DNA of 64,000 nucleotides from Malacoraja senta (lineage: Eukaryota): the NCBI GenBank assembly GCA_038087875.1, contig CM075990.1, positions 14,448,001 through 14,512,000 of the forward strand, written 5' to 3'. The first letter of the stretch is position 1; each line of letters starts with the position of its first letter. This document shows positions 24,785 to 36,809 of the stretch, piece after piece. The notes beneath the pieces were generated by a model. That model worked only from the letters and a program-made list of their open reading frames with translations, searched no databases and was not told where the DNA came from. Both the position numbers and the translations under genes were made by a program.

Positions 24785-24935
24785 TAGCTGATCATTATCA
24801 CATGACCATGGGTGTTTGTGGTGCACAAATTGGCGACAATGTTTCCTCATTACATAGATGACTGCACTTTGGAAGAAAGGTTATGGACTGATAGATACTT
24901 GGGGATTTCCTGAGATGGTTAAAAAGTGCCATTTA
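24785..24935 (+). mobile_element. ancient DeuSINE (SacSINE1/AmnSINE1-like) remnant
   Basis: ctgatcattatcacat...gtgcacaaattggc...gtttcct.attaca...tgactgcactt...ggga..tcctgag resembles the Deu domain and tail as recalled; not aligned. Confidence 0.55.
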
Positions 24936-26369
24936 GTGTGAAATATTTTATCCCACATGGATGGTGTCAGCTGTTTGCTTTCACAAGTAAATATCACTAT
25001 TCCGCTGAGTTACAAATTTCAAACTCCGAGCAAGTCTACTTTTTTTGACATCTATTCCAGTATTAAGTAAGACTTGTTACCACTGCATTATTCATCACAG
25101 CTGTGACAGTGATTACTTTAAAACTTGACCTGTTTTATATTCAACTTTATTTAAAAGTGTATTAGGATTAGCATTATTTTTGGTGACTGAATGTTTTCCT
25201 TTTAATTATTATTCCTGCTGTTATATTTGACAAAAAGCACTCCTGTATACTGTTTATATGCCTATTTGCTATTTTCCCACTTGGGTAATAATGTACATGA
25301 ATGATTCATGCCTAACATACATAATGCATAATTAAATCACCGTTTGATGGAGTGGAATTTATTAATTGTGAAGACACATGTGTTTCTGTAATACACTAAT
25401 TTATTTCGATAGTTTTTATTGCTACATTGCTCACTCAGCTGTAATCAGCTACTCTGAGTTACTAAGTAGCAGTTGTACACTGTTGTAACAAATTATCTGC
25501 AGGAACAAGCTAAATACATACAGGGACTGTTAATATACGCATTGGAGTAATACGTTTTTTTAAAGAAAACTTATCAAATTAATTACAGTAATGGTGGCAA
25601 CTTGATCATTTGTCCTTGGTTGTCAAAAGTAAATTTTGATGGATTAACAAGGCTGATAGATTGCAGATTGTGGGTGGAATTTGTGTCAATTATAAATAAT
25701 GGGTTGTGTTAACAGTGCGAGCAGCAATGGAAGCACTTACATCAATTATCAATCTTATTTTGCTTTTAGCCAACTGATGAACAATAAATGTATTTTATAT
25801 TTATATCTTCCACGCTAAATGATGTGGTCGCAGTCAGGAGGGTTGGGTGCCAGTGTGTGACGGCTTTGTCAGTTATGCTTTTGTTTTGTGGTATCAGGTA
25901 CTGAGGTGGAAATGTTCTGTATATTGTGTGTCTGAGATGATTTCACTGGAACGGAAAGCATGGAAGGGTGACTGTTTTAAAACAGTGTGTCCCCCAGTGG
26001 CTGTGTATAAAATTACCACCCAGTCTACCCCAGACGAGAAGATAGGCACAAAAAAGCTGGAGTAACTCTGCGGGTCAGGCAGCATCTCTGGAGAAAAGGA
26101 ATAGGTGATGTTTCGGGTCGAGACCCTTCTTCAGACGCCGTATTTCAGACCAGAATGAAATCAGCTGGTCTTCACTATCAGGCAACACTAAATGGGCTAC
26201 AATTGTCCTCTAAACCTATAATAAGAAAAACTGGAGATAGACACAAATTTCTGGAGTAACTCAGCGGGTCAGGCAACATCTCTGGAGAGAAGGAATGGGT
26301 GACGTTTAGGGTCGAGACCCTTAAACTGAAATTGGTTTTTTTTTACCACGAATTTCATTAATGTTGCTT

Positions 26370-26640
26370 GAAAGTAACGACAGGGGTGATGACGGCCTTA
26401 ATGCCCCGCGCGCCTGCTCCACTGTATGTTGTGACGTTCATCTACATTCGAATGTGATGAATAGCAAACCTGGGCGAGTTACCAAAGGCGCGCGGGTGCT
26501 TTGTGAAATGTTCCAGGAGAACACTGCATACTCAGCAGTAAAACAAAACCGCCAACACAAAAACCCTGGACAAAATTGCAGTGCAATAAATTTTAAAATA
26601 GGATGGTTAGAGGTCGACTTTTCCGGGAATTGCTGCCCAT
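26370..26640. promoter_or_regulatory. non-repeat CpG-enriched candidate regulatory element in the elongase intron
   Basis: Local CpG excess, two TGACG half-CREs, two GCGCGC boxes, and the STAT/GAS consensus TTCCGGGAA at 26621-26629. Confidence 0.35.
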
Positions 26641-28283
26641 GTGAGCCTGTAAAATATTCCGTAATACATCTTGAGTGCATGTTCAGATGGAAGTAAATAA
26701 TTGTTACCTCTGAATTATATTAATTATAACTTGAAGCATCATAAAAATAATACAGCGAATAGCTTTCAAAGAATAGAATACGACGTTTTATCACATGCAT
26801 TTGATTTGTAGGGCAGGCAAATTCAGCTAGATATAATATTTATCGATAAGTTATGCAATATTTTACAGATATAACATTTATTGAGAGGTGTGAAATATTT
26901 AACAGTGCAGCCTTTTTAACATGGACCATGAAACAATCAGATTATGTGAGTGATATCAGTGTCCCCTCTGATGGACTGAACGCTGACCTTTAATAAGAAA
27001 ATTGGTGTTAATTATCAAAAATGCAATCATTAATCTAGCTTTTAATGTGATAAAGCTGAACTTAAACTCACCACTTCAAGGTTTTAACATACTAGGAAGG
27101 CGGCTTTGAATTTTTTTTTTTTAAGACAAAATTTATGCTTGTTGTTGAATTGTTTTTGGTTCATTTGCTTCAGAGTTTGTCATCTATTGTAGCTTTTAAC
27201 TAAACGTGAGGGACCCAGATGCAATGTAATAAAAAAAACGGAAATGCATGGTTCGCAGTACAGGCAAATAAACATTTGGCTTCATTTCACTCCCTGGTTG
27301 TTCACTTGACTCACCATGTCATTTTCTCCCTTACCTCTTTCTCTCTTTTTTTTTTTCCCTTTTATATTTATATGGTTTTAGATGCTGAGTAATAAAGCAG
27401 TAACTCTGGTGTCATTTCCTAGCCACAGACGTTACATGTTTATGAATGGCTGGCAGACACTCATAAACCACACAGTGTGTTACACAGTCCGATAGAGAGA
27501 TATAAACATTTGACATTGGCCATCTTGTCTAAATCTGTTTGATAAATTCAGCCTTCTCCAAAAAATCTTTTTCCTGGGGCTATTGATTTCAGAAGGGTAC
27601 CAGAATATGATGCATTTACTGAGTTAGTATTGGACGCAATGTTACATAGTTATATTGTTAACGGCTCCCTTGTCTCTCGTACACTTAAAAAATAGTTTAA
27701 TTTTAGACTTTAATAATGTTGTGGCAATGTGTTTCTTTTGTTCCGTTTCTAAACAACAGTCACATTTGATTTATTTCTAATGCGCTGTTTAGAATAATAC
27801 CATCCATTTTATTAGTCTGAGCTGCAGCCCGCATGGTGAGCATTTTTTTCCCCACTGTAATAAATGTTTTCGAGAAAATTATAATGTTGAATATTACATG
27901 TGTAAAATAAGTGGATTATATTAAAACACAGGGGTTTGATGTTTTTGGATTGTCTGAATAATTTGAAATTCAAATGCAGTAGCAATAGACTGCAGTGTCA
28001 TTGGACACGTTATGAAGGTTGATACCTCTAAGGCCTCCAGGCTAATATTTACACCATGATGAAGTAATTTTTCTCCTTCTGGGCTGCTGCTCCTGCATCT
28101 TGCAGGAGAAAGTAGACAAATAACCTGCTTGTCCAGTCTGTCACCGTCACTCAATAGCTCGACATGGAGAGAAGCCTCTGCTTGCATTTTCCATCTGACC
28201 CTCTCTCTGTAACTCACGTCTCCAGCTCTGATCGAACAAAGATACCAAGCAGAAGCCGTCTTGTTGAGACTCATTGTCTGTAA

Positions 28284-28869
28284 AGGGCCTGTCCCACTTG
28301 GCTGTCATTCGCGCGCCATTTACGCGACTTGCTAGCGTGTGGGTAGCGGGGACGGGCGCATGGAGTGGTGTGCAGGAGTGTGGACTTCGTCCTGAACGAA
28401 ATCTTCGCGCGCCACCAGCCTGTCGCGTAACTGACGGCCAAAGTGGGACAGGCCCAAGACCCTGGCGCGGCGCAACGTCTCACCTCCAACAGCAGCAGAA
28501 GCAGGAAAACGGTCGCCGAACTCAGCCTGGGGCTCACGGCCGTTGCGGATCCGGATCCGCCCCCACTCCTACTCCCAGAGCGGGGCCAAGACGATTGGAG
28601 ATAGACACAAAATGCAGGAGTAACTCAGCGGGACCGGCAGCATCTCTGGAGAGAAGCAATGGGTGACGTTTTGGGTCGAGACCCTTCTTCAGACTGAAGA
28701 AGTCTCGACCCAAAACATCATCCATTCCTTCTCTCCAGAGATGCTGCCAGTCATTTTGTGTCCCTTCAAATGACGTCACGCGCTCCAGACGGCTGTGCGG
28801 ACGCATGATGACGCGCGCCACTCACTACCGGCCTGTCGCGTAAATGACGGTCCAAGTGGGACAGGCCCT
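28284..28869. mobile_element. PIF/Harbinger-type MITE
   Basis: 18-bp TIR AGGGCCTGTCCCACTTGG / CCAAGTGGGACAGGCCCT with TAA TSD at 28281-28283 and 28870-28872. Inserted in a PLE fragment and contains a PLE fold-back at about 28600-28765. Confidence 0.85.
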
Positions 28870-29260
28870 TAACTCGTTCTCGCCTCGGCCACAGCTAACA
28901 ATGGCCTGTTCCCATTATTATCGTTACTTTTTTGCATACCTTTCATTCATTTGTTCTATATTTCTATATCACCCTCTATATCTCTCATTTCCCTTATCCC
29001 TGGCTCTCAGTCTGAAGAAGGGTCTCGACCCAAAACATCACATGTTGTTGCACCAATTAACACTGCAACAGTATAGCTCCAGCCACCCTGGTTCAATCCT
29101 CATCTCCAGTTCTGTCTATGTGGAGTTTGCATGTCCCCCCCTTTGACTGGTGGGTTGCCCCCGGGTACTCCACTTTCCTCCCACTTCCCAAACACATTTG
29201 GGTAGGCTCATCACCCACTGTAATTTAATTCCTAGTGCAATTGGATGATAGAGAATATAT

Positions 29261-29392
29261 GAGTCTGAAGAAGGGTTTCGACCCGAAACGTTACCTATTT
29301 CCTTCGCTCCATAGATGCTGCCTCACCCGCTGAGTTTCTCCAGCATTTTTGTCTACCTTTGATTTTCCAGCATCTGCAGTTCCTTCTTAAAC
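29261..29392 (+). mobile_element. 132-bp PLE hammerhead micro-insert with 13-bp TSD
   Basis: atagagaatatat occurs at 29248-29260 and 29393-29405. The insert starts gagtCTGAAGA. Confidence 0.88.
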
Positions 29393-30986
29393 ATAGAGAA
29401 TATATTGTTTAGTTTAATTTGGAGTCACAGCGTGGAAACAGGCCCTTCGGCCCACCGAGTCTGTGCCGACCAGCGATCACCCATATACTGCTTCTGTCCT
29501 AGACACTAGGGACAATTTACAGCAGCCAATTAACTTATTAAATCGAAGGTAGACACAAAATGCTGGAGTAACTCAGCGTGTGAAGCAGCATCTTTGGAGA
29601 GAAGGAATGGGTGATGTTTCAGGTCGAGACCCGAAACGTCGCCCATTCCTTCTCTTCAGAGATGCTGCCTCACCCGCTGAGTTACTCCAGCATTTTATGT
29701 CTACAGCCAATTAACCTACATACCTTCACTTCTTTGAAATGTGTGGGGGAAAAAACAGAGCACGCGGAGAAAATCCACGCAGTCACAGGGAGAACGTACA
29801 AACTACAGACAGCACCCGAGGTCAGGATCGAACCGGGGTCTCTGGCTCTGTGAGGCAGCAACTCTACCGCTGTGCCACCGTGCCACCCCTGTTAGCGGAA
29901 GATCAGTGGGCAAATAGTAATGGGACTGATAATGGGACTTGAGAGCTGGCATACACTCCGTGGACTGAGTGGCCTTGTTTCATAAGGAAATATGATTAGT
30001 TTGTTCAGATGTTGGTGGAAGAGTTGAGGCTCCCAGTGGCCGAAAAGGTAAAAAATGATTTCAGAGCACGTTGTTGGCTCTGCCATCCATTAGCAAGCCC
30101 AGACTTTCTGTGTTTGCAAGCTGAACTCCCTTTGAATAGCTGGCATAAACCCACTGCTAGTGAGCTGTTCCAATGTAAATCTGAAACATCAAACTTGTCT
30201 CCCCTCAACGCACACTCTCGAGCTACTCATTATTATTTCCAGGTTTTCCAGATCTTATATCAGCCCTCCAGAATCTGATGTTTTTATTTGGTTTACATTT
30301 GGTCGATGTTTGAAGAAAATCAGAGTCGAAAATCTCAGAGTGCTGGAGTAACCCAGTGAGTGAGGCAGCATCCCTGGTGAACATGGATGGGTGATGTTTC
30401 GGGTCGAGACCCTTTTTCAGACTGATGGTGGGGGGATGCGGACAAAAGTTAGTAGAGAGGTAGGGGCAAGACAAAGCGTGGTAGATATTTGGTAGCTGGA
30501 AGCTGCTCATTTCATAGAACTTTCTTTTTTTTCCAACACTTCTGCATCCCGCTACACGTAGTATTTGTTTGTCTCGTGCATTTGTATCTCTGTGGCTCTG
30601 TCACAACTTTTCTTTTCTTTTCCTTAATCTTTATGTCAACGTTTGCTCTTCTCATTGTTTCCAAATCTCTTTGGACAATTCCCTTTACCAATGTCATCAG
30701 TCTATCTGTCATTCGTGTAGATGAGGGAGAATAGATAATCCAAATGAAACAAGGGTGCAAACTGTGGAGATCGACTTAGGATAGCAGAGTCAGGGAGATG
30801 GAGGGTTTCTGTGGAGTGAGTAGTTACAAGGAACAAAGCCTAGAATTTGGTGGGTGAACAGCTGGGGTGGAAGATAATGGAATGAGGGAGGGATTAAACA
30901 CATGGATGCTTAATGTTGGAACAAACAATGATCAAAGGGCCTGTGTCCGTGCTGCATCGCTCTATGGACTACTGGTCCTATAGAGT

Positions 30987-31450
30987 GTAGACACAAAATG
31001 CTGGAGAAACTCAGCGGGACAGGCAGCATCACTGGAGAGAAGGAATGGGCGACGTTTCGGGTTGAGACCCTTCTTCAGACTGATGTCAGGGGAGGGGGCG
31101 GGACAAAGATGGGATGTAGTTGGAGACAGTAAGACTAGTGGGAGAACTGGGAATGTGAAGGGGCTGGAGAGAGAAAGCAAGGGCTATCTGAAGTTAGAGA
31201 AGTCAATGTTCATACCGCTGGGGTGTAAACTGCCCAAACGAAATATGAGGTGCTGTTCCTCCAATTTGCGCTGGGCCTCCCTCTGACAATGGAGGAGGCC
31301 CAGGACAGAAAGGTCAGATTGGGAATGGGAGGGGGAGTTGAAGTGCTGAGCCACCGGGAGATCAGGTTGGTTAAGACCGACTGAGCGGAGGTGTTCAGTG
31401 AAACGATCGCTGAGCCTGCGCTTTTTCAGTGAAACGATCGCCGAGCCTAC
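30987..31450 (-). mobile_element. Penelope-like element 3' fragment
   Basis: Reverse complement of the 44833-45300 family (atatgaggtgctgttcctccaatttg; cccttcttcagact). Confidence 0.8.
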
Positions 31451-33101
31451 ACTATAGAGGCTGGGGTAACATCATGGGATTCATCTGGTTGTGCTGCTCT
31501 GAAGGCCAAAGGCTCTGTCGTAGCTTTGGGTGCTGTCTTTGTGGAGTTTGCATGATCTCCCTGCAACCATATCTATTTCCTCCAGGTGTCCCGGTTTTCT
31601 CCCACGACCCAGAGACATATGGGTTGGCAGGTTAATTGGCCAGTCTAAATTGCCCAGCGTGTGTAGGCGAGTGGTAAAATCTGGGGGGGGGGGGGGGGGG
31701 TGATGAAAATGCAAGGGAAAATAAAGAAAATGGGAAGAATGTGAAATTGGTGTGAATGGATGGTGGATGGCAGTGTGGCCTCAAAGGGCCGATTCCCCGC
31801 TGTTTCTCTCCTTGAGTCTATGACTCTTCTGGATGACTGAAGAGAGAACTGAGAGCATGTTGGATAGTATCAGGTTTTGAGTTGAAAGGATGTTTTCTCT
31901 CGGGGGCTCGGAGATAGAGAGTAATAGTGTTGTACAGAGCAGAAATGGGCCCTTTGACCCATCGCGCCCATACCCAGACCTGTTTGCCGATTTGCATTGA
32001 TCCCACTCACCTGCATTGGGTCCTTATCCTTTTATTGTTTGCTTATTTAAGCAAAGTCTGTCTAAATGCCTTTCAAACAGAGTATTGGATCTGATTCCAC
32101 CAGCTCCTCTGGTAGTGTGTTCCACTCTCTGTGTGTAAAATTAAAACTTTCCCTTCAGATCTCCTTTAAATCTTCTTCCTCACCATAAATAAACCCATGC
32201 CCCCTTGGCATTGGTGCCGAGTGATGTTACAATACCCTCATCGGTCATGGAGCCAAATTCCAACATGATACATTTTCATTGCCAGTTCCTATTGTATGTC
32301 TGGGAGGCCATGATGGAAAGTGCCAGTGAAAGTGTATCATGGATAGGAAAGGGTTAGAGGGATTCGGGCCAAATGCAGGGAAATGGAACTAGCTGAAGTA
32401 GTCGCCTTAATCGTCAAGGATGAGTTGGGCCAAAGGGCCTGTTTCCATGCTGTAAAGCTGATTTTATAACTTTAAACCAGCAACTAAGAAACATAGACAT
32501 GCACCACAGACCCTTCGGCCCAACTTGCCCATGCCGACCAAGATGCCCCATTCACACTAGTCCGAACCTACCCAGCCTCTCCCTGTAGCTCAGGTTCTCG
32601 AGTCCTGGAAACATTCAATGTAAATTTTCTCTGCACTCTTTCCAGCTTAACGACATCCTTCCTGTAGCATGGTGACCAAAAATGAACACAATACTCCAAA
32701 TGTTCCCTCACCAACATCTGTAATATTAGGTCCTGAATTCATACACAACACCCTGACAATTAAGGCCAATGTACAAAAAGCCTCTTTGATCGCCTTATCC
32801 ACCCGTGACGCCACTTTCAAGGAACGATGGACCTGCAGTCATAGATCCCTCTGCTTTACAAGACTCCCCAGGGCCTTGCCATTCACTGTGAAGGTCCTGC
32901 CCTGGTTTGACTTCCCAAAATGCAACACCTCACACTCATTTCCATTAAAATCTGTTTACAATTCCTTGGCCTACTTGCTCAACTGATCTAGATCCTGCTG
33001 TAATTTTTGATAACCACCCAATTTAGTGTGATCTGCACCCTTACCAATCATGCCTTTTACATTCTCATCCAAAAGAGTCTGTCCAATCCCTGTCCTATAA
33101 T

Positions 33102-33289
33102 AGGTAGACAAAATTGCTGGAGAAACTCAGCGGGTGCGGCAGCATCTATGGAGCGAAGGAAATAGGCAACGTTTCGGCCCGAAACGTTGCCTATTTCCTT
33201 CGCTCCATAGATGCTGCCGCACCCGCTGAGTTTCTCCAGCAATTTTGTCTACCTTCGATTCTCCAGCATCTGCAGTTCCTTCTTGAACA
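33102..33289. mobile_element. PLE-derived fold-back insert with a perfect 153-bp palindrome and 14-bp TSD
   Basis: 33102-33177 is the exact reverse complement of 33179-33254. ccctgtcctataat occurs at 33088-33101 and 33290-33303. Confidence 0.9.
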
Positions 33290-35947
33290 CCCTGTCCTAT
33301 AATCCCGTTTTATATGAAAATTCTGGCTACTAGTTATTCTGATGACAAAGGAGAGGGGAATTAATCAGACCAGGAGTTGCTTCTGTTTACTGTTTTTGAT
33401 TTGGGAGCAATGTATTTTCCTCAAGCATACTCCAAAGTGTACGTACGAAGAAGCCAGGCCCATAGAATGACAGAGGAGGAACACACAAAAACAGGCAATT
33501 ACAGTTTTTCAGTTGGAACCATGACCAATATATTAGCCATTTAAGGATTAATAATTGATATCAAACCATTAATAATTTAAGATCAATTTCCAACATTAAT
33601 TGCATTCTAATTAGATACTATTAGCTTTAATAGCATTGACTTGAATATATATCCCCACACATTTTACCGTGCTCTGAACTCTGATTTTGAAAGACAAATA
33701 TTACATTTTGGATTCTTAGTGTAGAAATAGATTGAAAAATGCTGTTGCTTTATCCTTTTTAAGATATGGGATAAATAGGTTTCTGGCCCTGTTAAACATT
33801 GTGGAGGAGAATGCTGCTTGAATGTGTTATGGGTCTGTCAGCTGTGACACCTTTGATTCCAAAAGAAATATAGTGAATTATGTGCAATCCTACTTTTAGC
33901 CTCGTTATAATCTAATTGCTTTATCATCATCCGATGGTACTCAGAGTGGTATTACTGAAAAGTCGATGTATAATTTTTCAACTTTTCCTCTGATTTGTGC
34001 AAGCTAATAGGGCATGGGGTAGTCCGAAATATCCAGTAGGCACAGAGAACTACAGATGCTAAGAGTCAAGAGTGTTTAGTTGTCAAATATACCAAAAATG
34101 GAACAATGAAATCCTTTCTTGCAGCAGCTGCTTTACAAAAATTAGTTACAAAGTGCTGGAGTAACTCAGCAGGTCAGGCAGCATCTCTGCAGAACATGGA
34201 TAGGTGACATTTTGGTTGGGGTCAAAATTCTTCACCCGAAATATCCAGACTGTGGTCCACACTGACAATGACTCCTCAATGGGAAAATCAACTTGGATGA
34301 AGTTAGAAAAGAAAACCTCCCAACCCGTGGAAAAACTCAATTACAGATGTGATTAGGCCGGCCTGTTTCTTTGGTCAACTTGTGTCAATGTAACATGGAT
34401 GTGTACTCTTCTGTACCTGACTATTCTGATTTGGAGGTGGATGCTATTGAACAAGGTGAGGTACAGTGGAAGTGGTGACACTGAACACCGAGGGAAGCTT
34501 GTTTGATGGGACTTGATTAGAAGTTTGCAGATGAGCGCCCTGGAAGTGTATTAATTTTGCATGCGAATTTTGCTCATGCCACGAAAAGGCTGCGTAAATC
34601 CTCCGTGAGCTTGCATCGTAGCCACAATATGTTAAAGTGCCCAATGCTGCAGTATATCTGCTGCTCGCTGGATGTTGCTTCCTGACAGCTATTGCAGCCC
34701 CTGGAGAGCCCTAATTTATTACCCCGATGCTTTCGCTCCCTGTAATGGATATGATATTACAGGAGATTGCATTATTGTTGTTATCTGGAGGTCACCGTGA
34801 CTTTGTCCCGTGGCAAGAAAATAATTCAGCGCAGCCTTCTCTACAGCGAGTTTCTAGTGAGGCCTGAGAAGGATGGTACACCCCAAGCTAGCTGAGTGAG
34901 GTGGTGTGTGTGCTGTTGGATAAGGATCTGCGGGGCTGAACAAGTCGGATTACTTTTAACAAAAACAAAACAGGCAATGTGGTTGTGTGATGGTTAGTAC
35001 CTACTGCCTTACAGTTCCAGCGAGCCGAGTTCAATCCTGACCTTGGGGTCTTCAGAGCAAGTGTGAGGGTGTTGCACTTTGGGAAGTTGAATGTAAGGGG
35101 AAAGTATAGATGTGTGTAGTTTATTGTCACATATACCGAGGTACAGTGAACAGGTTTTGTGGCGTTCTAACCAGTCAGCGGAAAGATAATACGTGATTAC
35201 AATCGAGCTATCCACCAAAGAAAGGCACAAAATGCTGGAGTAACTCAGCAGGTCAGGCAGCATTCCATTAAATATCCCCTTCCCTGCTTCTCATTTCCAT
35301 TCAGACCTTTGCCGATGCTTTGTAGGTTGTGTCTTTTTCCCCTTTGTATTTCAACCCTTGAATGTTTGAATGCCTCCCTGAAGCCTCTGCTAATCATTTG
35401 CACTCCAAGGAGACTTTTCAACCACATTTGTTGTTGATTTTGAACAAAGTATGACATCCAACTATTGAGCGCTTAAATTTCAGTCTTGTAGCTGTGCAGA
35501 AGTGTCAAATTTCCAGCATGAGAAGAGAGAATTAAAGAAAAACAATTAACCATTTGAAGCAGAACCACATTCTTTGCCTGAAAGATATTGGTTCCGTATC
35601 CAAAAAACGTATCTGTGCAACACAACAAACCTTTTTGGTCCCATCTTTTGATTTCTATCTGAGTTAAAACTGTATAAAAGATGAGTGAGTTTGTGCCAGC
35701 AAAAATGGTCGCACTTGATGCTCAAAGGAAAATAACAGATAAAAGCCTCTGGTTAAATAATTTATGGGTTTAAATCCAAAAGTCTAGTTTGTGTTCAATC
35801 CCAAATGTATTTTTGTAATTACGTTGCTGAGAGCTAAATGAATTCAATTTTCTTAGGTAATGTCATTTGTTATGTTGAGCAGAATGTGATTTGAATAGTT
35901 GCTGCTCACAAGTTCTTGTAATTGTCTGTGTTTGTTAAATTCTGCAG

Positions 35948-36502
35948 ATCCTATTAGTCTACAACATGGCCTGTAGCATCATGAGCCTGTATGCCACTTA
36001 CCTCTTTGTGCAAGGCCTCAGCGTGGCAGATTCCATCTTTCAGAAGGAGTTTTTCCCAAAACTGCAGCATGCCTACTTCATATACTGGCTGGTCAAAAAC
36101 GTGGAACTGCTCGATACGGTCTTCATGATCTTGAGGCATCGGAACCGTCAGATCTCGTTCCTTCACGTCTTCCATCACTGCAGTATGTTGCTCCTGAGTG
36201 ACCTGTGCTATCATTACTACCCTTGGCCAGCCATTGCCCCTTTCCTCCTCTTCAATTCATTTATCCACATCTTCTTGTATTTTTACTACGGCCAGAGTGC
36301 TGTGAATCCATCACACCGACCCACATGGAAGATACGATTGACACAGCTGCAACTCTTCCAGTTTGTTATGGACGTGGTTCTTGCAACATGGGGCTATCTC
36401 TTTCATGGATTCTGCATTTATGGGATCTTGTATGGTATAACAATGCTGAGTCTTTTCTCAAACTTTTACATCAAAGCTTTTACTTCAAAAAAAGCTACAT
36501 AA
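35948..36502 (+). CDS. ELOVL-family fatty-acid elongase, coding exon 2 (terminal, 184 aa + stop)
   Basis: Acceptor ttctgcag ends at 35947 in phase 0. All ELO motifs are present: KxxELLDT, QISFLHVFHH (HxxHH), NSFIHxxLYFYY, TQLQLFQF, LFSNFY, plus C-terminal KKAT (KKxx ER retrieval). Stop is TAA at 36500-36502. Confidence 0.95.
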   Translation: MLLVYNMACSIMSLYATYLFVQGLSVADSIFQKEFFPKLQHAYFIYWLVKNVELLDTVFMILRHRNRQISFLHVFHHCSMLLLSDLCYHYYPWPAIAPFLLFNSFIHIFLYFYYGQSAVNPSHRPTWKIRLTQLQLFQFVMDVVLATWGYLFHGFCIYGILYGITMLSLFSNFYIKAFTSKKAT

Positions 36503-36803
36503 ATGTGTGTCTCTAATTCATAAAAAAATAATTAAATATTATTTTTCCTGCCAATGAACTGAATGAGCTGGGATTAATTGTTTAATACATTATGTTTTTT
36601 GGTTAAAAAGTCCACCAGATCCATTGGGAATCAAAGACCATGAGTCAATATTATAATTATTAAGTATTGGACACTTAATTTTTAAGTTTGGCATGTAAAG
36701 GATGTTTATTACTGGTTTTATAGTTCGTTCCAATGTAAATCCTCAATGATCAGCAGGGATTTTATCGTTTCAGAACCAAATTACAAGCATCAATCAACTA
36801 TTA

Positions 36804-36809
36804 AATAAA
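36804..36809 (+). promoter_or_regulatory. candidate polyadenylation signal (AATAAA) of the elongase gene
   Basis: AATAAA about 300 nt after the stop codon in an AT-rich, repeat-free 3' UTR-like region. Confidence 0.45.

Noticed and set aside
28208..28277. Minus-strand exon-like segment (tttacag ... GTGAGT) within ORF 27921-28274
   Set aside because: The apparent acceptor is created by the MITE junction and the adjacent sequence matches the PLE 3' UTR seen at about 18210. No recognisable protein.
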